DNA of 64,000 nucleotides from Eledone cirrhosa (Eukaryota): NCBI GenBank assembly GCA_964016885.1, contig OZ024757.1, positions 36,394,001 to 36,458,000 of the forward strand, read 5' to 3'. Shown piece by piece: positions 39,716 to 49,030 of this stretch (position 1 is its first letter; each line of letters starts with the position of its first letter). The notes under the pieces were generated by a model. It saw only the letters and a program-made list of their open reading frames with translations, ran no database searches and was not told where the DNA came from. The position numbers and the translations under genes were made by a program.

Positions 39716-40086
39716 TATATTAATAAAAGGAATACCAACTTTGTCTGATTTACTCGTTTTATTTACAATCCTTTAAAATTTATAATGGTATTAGAATGAA
39801 ATAGTATGGTAGAATATTAAATGTTAAGTGTTAATTGAACAAGTACTTTCATGCTTTCGCAATCTTCAGGTTCATAATGTGTGGTGACAGTCAAGTTTGC
39901 AATTTTCAACTGTCTGACAACACATTAGGAACCTGAAGATTGCGAAAGCATGAAAGTACTTGTTCAATTAACACTTAACATTTAATACTCTACCATACTA
40001 TTTCATTCTAATACCATTATAAATTTTAAAGGATTGTAAATAAAACGAGTAAATCAGACAAATTTGGAATTCCTTTTATTAATATA
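39716..40086. repeat. 371-bp near-perfect palindrome (Penelope-like inverted pLTR)
   Basis: Arms reverse-complementary with few mismatches; centre ~39900. Confidence 0.93.
39929..39965 (+). ncRNA. Putative minimal type I hammerhead ribozyme (mirror copy at 39837-39873 on -)
   Basis: gaac-CTGAAGA-ttgc(GAAA)gcat-GAAA-gtac-TT-gttc; palindromic stem III agtact. Confidence 0.6.
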
Positions 40087-40151
40087 ATCTTCTATACACA
40101 ATCATACACCCGTGTATATTTATCTATCTATCTATCTATCTATCTACATCC

Positions 40152-41615
40152 ATGACTCTCGAGCTTTTACTGAGGAAGTTGGAGTTGTTGCAGGGTATCC
40201 CCCTGGAACCAGGATTGAGCAAAGCGGTGTCGGCCTACGCCGATGACGTAACAGTAATGGTATCGACCGACTCGGAGATCGAGGCGATCGGTACCTTACT
40301 GGAGGAGTACGAAAGGTTGTCAGGAGCGAAACTGAACCGGGAAAAATCCATCGGGCTGCAACCCGGAACGTGGAGAGGCAGACCGATGCCTCCTGACGGT
40401 GTCGTCGGACACTGGACGGAGGGCCCGGTAAAGTTGCTTGGGGTCTGGTTTGGACCGGACCTCCAGGTGGAAAAGAACTGGAACGAGGTTACGAACAAGG
40501 TGTTTGCACTAACCCAGAAATGGGCCAAGTGTAAGCTGTCCCTAAAAGGCCGGGCGGAGGTGGCGAACATTTACATAGCGTCCGTCACTTACTACCGCCT
40601 GACTGTCGTGCCTTGCCCTAAGGAAACACTCACCACCATGGAACGCATGCTCTTCCAATTTCTTTGGAAGAAGCGCCCTCCTATGGTGAGAAGATCCATC
40701 TGCTGCCAACAACCTTCGAAAGGAGGGCTGGGGATGCCGTGGTTGATGATGCGTAGGCACGCATTAAGGCTACGGCACCTACAGGTATTCCTCACTGGTC
40801 AACCGGTGTGGGCTCCGTTCGTGAAACGAGCCTTTCCGAGACTCATCTCGCTCACCGAGCTACAGTCCTGGGCCAAGCAAAGATCCGGAAAACTGGGAGA
40901 CTGGCACACTGAGTGTGCTCAGGCGCTCAGGGCTCTCTGGCAAGCGGGCCAGGCCATCGGTGGAGAATCCACCTCATCATTCTACAGAGGGCCGGTGGCT
41001 AGCAGGGGCGATGACACCCTTGGAGAGTCGCTGGACATGGAAGAAGACGAACTGGCCAGCCTGTTCGGTAGGACTTTCGGCCCAGGACCAATGGACAACT
41101 TCCAGAAGTCACTGGCCTGGCAGTGCTACCGGGGGGCTCTACCCGTTCGAGAGAGGCTCTACAGACACGGGCGCCCGGGCAGGGATCCCTCAAAAAAGAT
41201 TTGCCCTAGATGCGTGCGTCACGAAGAAAGCGTTGCGCACGCATTGGTGCAATGTCCGGGCGTGGCTGATCTGTGGGGCTACGCCGAACGACTGCTGTCG
41301 CGGGTGGCGCCGATTAAATTGACCGCCGAGTCCGTGATGACAATCAAATCGCCTCCCCTCTTCACAAAGGAAGCAAAGGCGGTTTTTCTGTGCGTAATAG
41401 CCATGTTGAAAGAGGTTTGGTGGACACCATTGAAAGGTCTGAGGTCAGGCAACTTCCTCTCTGGCCATAGTCTGGTCTACTTCTTCCGATATCACTTCAG
41501 AAGAAGGATAAGAATGGAGAGAGAGGTGCTTGGCCACAGGCAGTTTTATGAAAGGTGGGTGATAGTGGCGAGAATGGCTCGTGTAAATGGGCCTTCTCTG
41601 TATACCATCCTGTAG
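40152..41615 (+). CDS. Tx1 ORF2 C-terminal half (RT YADD motif, thumb, zf-RVT-type zinc knuckle); not a complete gene
   Basis: AYADDVTV, KLLGVWFG, KGGLGMP, CPRC...ESVAHALVQC; uninterrupted for 487 aa; the ATG borrows its A from the TSD. Confidence 0.88.
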   Translation: MTLELLLRKLELLQGIPLEPGLSKAVSAYADDVTVMVSTDSEIEAIGTLLEEYERLSGAKLNREKSIGLQPGTWRGRPMPPDGVVGHWTEGPVKLLGVWFGPDLQVEKNWNEVTNKVFALTQKWAKCKLSLKGRAEVANIYIASVTYYRLTVVPCPKETLTTMERMLFQFLWKKRPPMVRRSICCQQPSKGGLGMPWLMMRRHALRLRHLQVFLTGQPVWAPFVKRAFPRLISLTELQSWAKQRSGKLGDWHTECAQALRALWQAGQAIGGESTSSFYRGPVASRGDDTLGESLDMEEDELASLFGRTFGPGPMDNFQKSLAWQCYRGALPVRERLYRHGRPGRDPSKKICPRCVRHEESVAHALVQCPGVADLWGYAERLLSRVAPIKLTAESVMTIKSPPLFTKEAKAVFLCVIAMLKEVWWTPLKGLRSGNFLSGHSLVYFFRYHFRRRIRMEREVLGHRQFYERWVIVARMARVNGPSLYTIL

Positions 41616-41829
41616 GTAAAGAAGTAAAGGAGAGGGGAGCACCTTCTCCATGTGCTCCCCGGGCAAAGGATTGCACACTTTTTCGGGGGTGTGTGCAACC
41701 CCCATCACGTCCCCTCCCTTTTGAGGTTATTTTCGATTGTTTTCATGTTACACCCTTTTTACTCGATTATATGTAAACTCCCCCTTTGTATTTGTCCCTT
41801 CTTTTTATGCCTTTATGGTAAATAAAGAA
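40153..41829 (+). mobile_element. 5'-truncated L1/Tx1-clade LINE with a 19-bp TSD, inserted in (TATC)n
   Basis: TSD atctatctatctacatcca at 40134-40152 and 41830-41848; AATAAA at the 3' end. Confidence 0.9.
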
Positions 41830-41844
41830 ATCTATCTATCTACA

Positions 41845-41978
41845 TCCAACTTCTCCCATATCTGTGATCGTGTTTTTTCGCATGTAGAAATGTGTGTATG
41901 TGTGTGTATATATATACACACACATACACACATTTCTACATGCGTAAAAACACGATCACAGATATGGGTGAAGTTGGA
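41845..41978. repeat. 134-bp near-perfect palindrome centred on (TA)n
   Basis: tccaacttc...tatatatata...gaagttgga. Confidence 0.92.
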
Positions 41979-42129
41979 GTTAAAAATATTTTCCAAGAAT
42001 TTGGTAAACTTTGTTATTGTCAGATAACTGAAACAGGATGTTACTAGTGATGTAGTGATACGTCAATACTAAGTAAGCACTTTGGTTAGTAACATTTCTG
42101 ACACCAATAACAGATTTCTCACTGCATAT

Positions 42130-42515
42130 GGTTGTTACTGTTGTGGTGGTTGTGGGCAGTGATGGGGGTGGTGGTGGTGCTGTTGTATGTGCTACTGTGG
42201 TTGTTGTTGTGGTCGTTGTCGTGGTGATGTTGCTGTGGTGATGTTGTTGCTGTGGTTGTTGTCGTGGTGATGTTGCTGTGGTTGTTGTTATTGTTTTCGT
42301 TGTGGTGATTTTGTTAAAGTTGTCGTTGTTATTGTTTTTATGTTGCTGTGGTTGTTGTCGTGGTGATGTTGTTGCTGTGGTTGTTGTTATTGTTGTCGTG
42401 GTGATGTTGCTGTGGTTGTTGTTATTGTTATTGTTGTCGTTGTTGCTGTGGTTGTTGTCGTGGTGATGTTGCTGTGGTTGTCGTTGTTATTGTTGTTATT
42501 GTGTTGATGTTGTTC
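42130..42515. repeat. Degenerate (GTT/GTG)n low-complexity repeat
   Basis: Direct observation. Confidence 0.9.
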
Positions 42516-42975
42516 TTCATTATCCTCAGACATTCGTTCACATTTTTTATAAAGTACCAACTTTACCAAAACTAACTCCGATTCCTTGAGACAAACACCT
42601 TTAAGAAATTTAAAAGGTTTCAATATTAAATAAAATCTTTTTCTTCTTCTTCATCATCATCATCATCATCTTCGTTTAATGTTCCCTTTCCACGCTAGCA
42701 TGGGTTAGATGGGAGTTGTCCCACTTGAGGTAAGGTTGGTCGGGTGACCATGTCTCGCTCATATAGGACTATCAGGCAGGTTTTCTACGGCTGATATATA
42801 TAACGAAGGAAGTGTGGTAAGATACCAGGTGGACCATAACGCATCAGAGTACTCAATACTTAGGGTAGTAGAGTGGGTAATAGGAAAAGGATCAGGACCC
42901 CGATAGCTAGATCCGAACTGTTCAGCCATCGGGGTCCTGACTCTTTTCCTATGCGAGTGTTGGACTGGTACATTA

Positions 42976-43299
42976 CGAGGTTCAGCTGAAAAGTTCATAG
43001 GTTGGCCAAGATACTCTCATGGAATGACTAAACGAGGTTTCTTTTTTCAACATAGTCTCTGGAAAGAAACATTGCAATTATTAAGAAGAGTTGAAATTAA
43101 TGCATGCAAGGTTTCACAGCTCTAGCATCACTTTCATTGTTAGCCTAGGACCAAATGAGGTTTATTTTTTTCCAACATAGTCCTAAGAAATAAACAATGC
43201 AGTTATTAATAAGAAGAGTTGAAATGAATGTCTGCAAGATTTCACAGCCCTAGCATCACTCTTTTATACTAAGCCTATGAACTTTTCAGCTTGTTCTCA
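42976..43299. mobile_element. Mariner-like MITE (same family as 19269-19466, opposite orientation, internal duplication)
   Basis: TA|cgagg..ctgaaaagttcatagg ... cctatgaacttttcag..ctca|TA. Confidence 0.75.
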
Positions 43300-43324
43300 T
43301 ACGCTTACAAAATACTGTTGTTGC

Positions 43325-43347
43325 TACTACTTACTACCACCACCACC

Positions 43348-43388
<41 letters not shown>

Positions 43389-43565
43389 AGCCACCACAAC
43401 TACCACCACCACCACTACTACTTCAACCACCACCACTACTACTTCAACCACCACCACTACTACTACAACTTCAACCACCACCACTACTACTTCAACCACC
43501 ACCACTACTACTACAGCCACCACCACTACCACTACCGCTAGTTGTATAACTACTACTACTACTAC
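43325..43565. repeat. (ACT/ACC)n trinucleotide repeat
   Basis: Direct observation. Confidence 0.93.
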
Positions 43566-43628
43566 CCCTCCTATAGACTTTGACGTGTTAAATTTCACTT
43601 TCGTTTTCTCAAATTTGGCGCTCTGGCT

Positions 43629-43693
43629 TATATAAGCAGCTGGTATTAATTATGAACCATTTATCTGACCAACTCAGTTAGAAGTCGCCATGG
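43629..43693 (+). promoter_or_regulatory. Candidate core promoter of the orphan ORF
   Basis: TATATAAG at 43629-43636; Inr-like TCAGTT at 43674-43679 (spacing longer than canonical); Kozak gtcgccATGG. Confidence 0.5.
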
Positions 43694-44610
43694 GAAAAGG
43701 AGAAAGACAACACGAGAGTGCGATAAAAGATCCATGGGAAGATATTAACGACAAGGTCGATAGGGGCCAGGTCGCTGTGAACAATTTCATTCCCGTTCCC
43801 GAAATTGAGTTAAAAGATCTGGATTTTGATAATTTCTCCGACGTAGAACTAATAGCCAAGTTCGGTGGAAAAAGCGGAGAGGTGAACGACGTTCGACCCA
43901 AGTATTGCTTTCCTTATTTCTGCCACGCCACCTACGCTAAGCATGTAGAAGCCATCGAAAAAGAAGGGCTTCGAGCTGGTAAAGGATCTAGCAGTATGGA
44001 ATTTGATGACTGCTATTTCACTTGGGTCCATTTATACCCTTACGATTTTGTCTACGATTCTCCGGATGACATACGTCTAAAAGAGAGCATCGCCAAGAGA
44101 AAAGACCATCTTTTGAAGGATGTCGAAAACGAAGAGAAGAAATCAACGCTAGGAGAGAAAATAATCAACTCTGCTATGTTCAGGGTGAAACTGTTTCCAT
44201 TCTTAACCCACAATTTCATAGCCAGCATCCCGGCCTTCATAGAAGAGTATAAATCCGTTATGAAATGCGACGAGATCGATATAAAAAAATACGGAACCTT
44301 CCTCTACACAGATAAAGGGGCTAAATACCTCACCGAATGTATGTACGGGATCGTTATCTGTCCCAAGGGAACAGAAAAGTTTGCATCCCTGGACAATTTG
44401 AGCGACGACAACGATATTTTACAGTTCAACTCGAAAGATCCATTGGAAGGAAGCAGTGGATGGAATTGGGTCCCGTATTCTTCATCTCGGAAGAGTATGG
44501 AAGGCCTCCGTCTTTGGGACTATATAGGCTTTGCTTTCTACATGAAAGATGACGAAATGAGACTGAAACCAACCGGAGATTGGAAGGGTCGTCCAATCCC
44601 GAACTTATGA
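43690..44610 (+). CDS. Intronless 306-aa uncharacterised protein, putative ADP-ribosyltransferase-like fold
   Basis: Long, high-complexity ORF with a strong Kozak context; motif FCH79AT...AIEKEGL...WVH114L; no signal peptide; no transposon-protein motifs recognised. Confidence 0.85.
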   Translation: MGKGERQHESAIKDPWEDINDKVDRGQVAVNNFIPVPEIELKDLDFDNFSDVELIAKFGGKSGEVNDVRPKYCFPYFCHATYAKHVEAIEKEGLRAGKGSSSMEFDDCYFTWVHLYPYDFVYDSPDDIRLKESIAKRKDHLLKDVENEEKKSTLGEKIINSAMFRVKLFPFLTHNFIASIPAFIEEYKSVMKCDEIDIKKYGTFLYTDKGAKYLTECMYGIVICPKGTEKFASLDNLSDDNDILQFNSKDPLEGSSGWNWVPYSSSRKSMEGLRLWDYIGFAFYMKDDEMRLKPTGDWKGRPIPNL

Positions 44611-44821
44611 CGTTTATCACATTGTAACTGGAACGGCCAGCCTCTTTCGAGTAGGGTCTTATATAAAATATCGTCCGTTATGAGCAACACACTACTAAAA
44701 TATTTCAAGGTAATTTTTTGTTAGGCATACCATTCAGAAACCACCCAACCCCCGTCGCACTTCTTCGTTGTATGTCTGGCATCTTTAATGTTTTATTAAT
44801 GCCAGACCTATGTGGTTCCTG

Positions 44822-45000
44822 CAGTGTATTACTGGTGCTTTATTTTATCGACCCCCGTAAGGACGAAAGGCAAGGTTAACTTTGCCTTTCGTCCTTACGG
44901 GATCGATAAAATAAAGTAACAGTAATGCACTGGGGTCGATTTAATCGACTTTCCCTCCTCCCCTTCAAATTGCTGGCCTTGTGCCAAAAGTAGAAACAAT
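44822..45000. mobile_element. SINE body folded back into a 111-bp palindrome (44822-44932)
   Basis: Centred on GTTAAC at 44875-44880. Confidence 0.85.
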
Positions 45001-45752
45001 TATTATTATGTTATATCTTCATTGTTAAATTAGTCTTGCCATTGTGCACTTTTATTCGAGCTTATGGTAAACCCCCACTGTCCGTGTCTTTGTATTGTAC
45101 CCTACATGTCGGCCCTTGTGGCCAATAAATGAAATTATTATTATTACTGCTGCTGTTGTCGTTGCAGTTGACCTCGACGGTATTCGAACTCAGAATTTAA
45201 ATTACTGGCGTAGATTAGGATCAATACGATTGAATTCATAACCCTTCCTTAAAAATGAATAACCTCTTGTGTTTCAGTAAGAAGCTAAATGTTATTGTCG
45301 ATATCGTATGTTGTTCTTCTGTAAATATATACACACATGCAATATATGTATGTCTGTACATATATATACATATATATACACATATGTACCTATGTATGTA
45401 TGATATAATATCCGTGTTGTCACCACTCCAGATCTGACAAATAACTTTTCTCCGTTGTGTGTACATCTCTGTCATGAAATAGCAACACTCGACATTTACC
45501 GCCTCATCCACCACCACACTCTCTTCCTAGTAACAACTGCAACATTTTAAAGTTTTCACACGCCTTTTTTTATTGACCATTTCCGTAATAACTTTTTTGT
45601 TTACTCCATTATATTTAATAAGATGTATATGTATATATGTATATATATATAGGCGTTCCTTACTTTTAGCGTCGCAATAATTGTTTCTATTTTTGGCACA
45701 AGGCCAGCAATTACTCAATGCATTACTGGTACTTTATTCTATCGACCCTGGG

Positions 45753-46223
45753 TTTATTTTCATTTTCGAACGTCGTGTTTTCATTTTGTGTGTTTAAAGG
45801 AAACATGCTGGCGACGAAGCTTCTTCTTTGCACGGCTCCGTGTGTTCTCTATGAGCTGTGCGTGCACATCAGGGTCCGCAGGATCTACAAAGTTCCGTTC
45901 GTACACCACATCATGAACGTAAATCCCACCTTCAATTTCCGAATAGGAAGCCCAACCATCGGAGATGATGCGGCTGCCTGGCAAAATCCCTGCTGAATGA
46001 TGGGGACGAGAGTATCACGGCTTCGATTTGGGACTTCTGCAAGCCTCATTACAAGATTACTTCGGTATTGAGTACTCTTCTCTCAACCGTGAACTACACA
46101 CACACACGCATATATAATCAGTTAAAACGACAGAGGCTCTGATTTTGTCTTTAATCTCAGTAACTAATTTAGATCTAAACAGACATACAAAATGTAAACA
46201 CGACGTTCGAAAATGAAAATAAA
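45753..46223 (-). mobile_element. Merlin/IS1595-type transposase fragment enclosed by 37-bp inverted repeats
   Basis: EVPNRSRDTLVPIIQQGILPGSRIISDGWASY...FVDPADPDVHAQLIENT; IRs at 45753-45789 and 46187-46223. Confidence 0.8.
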
Positions 46224-46433
46224 TTTACTTTCATTATTGCAACCGCGGTGGATTGGCAGTATCGGTAGAGAGTCGGACGTCATGCTTTGCAGCAAAGAGT
46301 TACGGTCCTTTATGATCTGAGTTCAAATTCCGCCAGGGTTAACTTTGCCTTTCATCCTTACGGGGTCGATAAAATAAAGTACCAGTAATGTACTGGGATA
46401 ATTATTGCGACCGCTAAAAGTAAAGAACGCCAT

Positions 46434-46469
<36 letters not shown>

Positions 46470-46796
46470 ATGTATATATATACATACATACATATATATA
46501 TATATACATATTGAGAATATGACTCCTTCGCAAAAAGATGAGAAAAAAACTTGTCCTCAACACTTAATTTTAAATCTTGAATTTTTAGTTTTTAATTCTT
46601 TTTAATTGTAATATTCAACATATAAGATGAATTTTACTAATATATCGAAACCGGTTATACTTTACATACATTATAAAACTCTTTTTTTAAAAAAAGAATT
46701 GTCCCTTTTATTTTTTCAATAATGTGATCTTTGACGAAAGAGAAAAAGAAAAACAGACCTTAAAATATATTTTCCGTGCTATTTCCAACTCGATCT

Positions 46797-46880
<84 letters not shown>

Positions 46881-47686
46881 TAAAAGGTCGATGCGCAATA
46901 AATATTTTTCTTTTCTATTATATACACTCTGCCTGTTCTGCTGAATTGGTACCAACACACACATTGATATAGGCACCCGTTTTACGTGTGTTGTATTGAA
47001 GCGAATAGCTATGTGTATACTCTGGGAATGTATCTTACATTGCCTATTGAGTACGCTGAGATACAACTGATCTTCATACTTACGGGGTCGATTAAATAAA
47101 GTACCAGTAATGCACTGGGTAATTGCTGGCCTTGTGCCGAAAGAAGAAACAATTATATATATATATACATATCTGCCTGTCTTTCTCTATATATATATTT
47201 GTTTATATATTTATATTACTGCGAAGTATAAATTAAAATAAAAATGCAGTTCACTGATTAATATCAGATTTTTTTCCAATATATTTAATTTTATTTCTTC
47301 TGTTTATTTTATACAACTAAAATATTGTTATTTTGAATAAAATCTGTTTACTACATTCATTTAAATATATATGCAGTCTTGTGTTGTTATTGCTATTGTT
47401 GTTACTATATACACGATATTCTCATGAAAGAATATGTAACTCGGAGATCAGTGAGTCACTCTAGGTAGAGCTGCTATTTCTCGGAATTGAGAGATCACAG
47501 CTCTGATACAATGGACATGTGGTTAGAATGTCTCAGGAAAGAATCGTTGGGCAGATTTTACGGGCAAAACCAACAGGTAGGAGACCCAGATGATGACCAA
47601 TCCCAAGCAAGATGGTTGGATAACATCTATGGTGGTGATGGAGAATGGCGGTGCTGGAGCTTAAGGGGCTGGTAGAGATGATATAA

Positions 47687-48209
47687 TCTATCTATATATT
47701 ACTAAAAGTCTGTGGTTACTTGCTTGCTTGTCTGTAATGTAATACAGCCAGCCAAAAGGGCGCATAATGGGAAAATACTTTGAAAGGAAGTTGTCCCTGA
47801 AATGGGAATACAAACGGAATAAAACAAGTTTCATGTAAATCGAAGCACGGGTTCCGGAAATATGGGGTTTTCTAGGTACCTTCATAAATAGAGAGAGAGA
47901 GAGGGTAGAGATAGTGGTTGTGAGAGAATAGATTGAAAGAGAGACGACAAAATGGAAAAGAGAGAACTGGTGGTGTTCTGTGTGAGTATGTGTGTATATA
48001 TATATATATATATGTGTGTGTCAATGACCAATGTATATAGATCACAGACACCCACACATATATATATACATTCACGTATATATATGGGCCTTCCAGTTTC
48101 ATTTCATATTATATACATGTCTGTTTATTTTAATTATTTTTAAGTGAACATGATTTTAAAAAAATATTTTGAAGTGAACGTGTCCCAACGGATCACGGGT
48201 GTCTTGTAG
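47687..48209 (+). mobile_element. Possible non-autonomous Helitron
   Basis: A|TCTATCTATATATTACTAAA start; imperfect ccc...ggg hairpin followed by gtag|T (CTAG degenerate). Confidence 0.35.
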
Positions 48210-49030
48210 TGTATTAAATATCAAATAATACATATAAAGTTGTGAAGGTGCGAGGCTGACCTCGCAATCGTGAGGTTGTGAGTTCGATTCCTGGACCGGG
48301 AGATGCGTTATCTCCTTGAGCAAGACACTTTATTTCACGTTACTCCTTCTACCTGGAGTTGCGACCGATAGATAGTATTAGCAATTGGAAAGACCAACGG
48401 AAACATTGTTTCCTCGGTCCGATTTGACGAAAGTCGATAGTAAAATAAAAATATATAATATTTATTTATACATAGTATATATATTATTTATTATATTAGA
48501 AATTTATCTAACATCGATCCAGACGTATATTATTATCGTCTGTGATCGAGAGACCTTTGGTAATGGAGTAGTTATATTTTGTGTTCTATACATAGAGCAC
48601 TCTTTTTTCCTTCAGAATTACTTAACATATTATTTATTATATATAAATTAACGATTTTATTTATATGTTATTTACAATTTGCATGTAGTAGGTCTCCCTG
48701 GAAATAGAGTTGGGGGGGGGGGGTTACGTGGCCGTGTGGGGTGGAGCCCAAATTAGTTTCAGAACCTCTGGTATAGTGTCTAGCCAGGCTATTAGTAAAT
48801 ACTAATCTTGCATAAGATTGACCTAAATGCCTGGATGGTAACTGGTTTTACTTTCAAATCTAACTTTCTCCCCTCGCATTCCAAACAGTCGTTGCCATCG
48901 GACGATTTATGTCATAGAGTTACATTCCTTTACGTAGATAGATATGTATATGTATATATATATATATATACAAATTTTGAGAGGTTTCGGTCAGTATTGG
49001 CCCAGGCCAAGGTCTAACTTAATAGCACCA

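Noticed and set aside
40152-40154. ATG as a genuine start of a domesticated RT gene
   Set aside because: The A belongs to the TSD; the ORF begins mid-RT domain at the 5' truncation point
43277-43635. Poly-T/P/L/V ORFs as a mucin-like upstream exon of the orphan gene
   Set aside because: Trinucleotide repeat upstream of the TATA box; no splice link seen
44625-44660. Possible histone-like stem-loop after the orphan ORF (aacggcc...)
   Set aside because: Does not form the 6-bp/4-nt consensus hairpin
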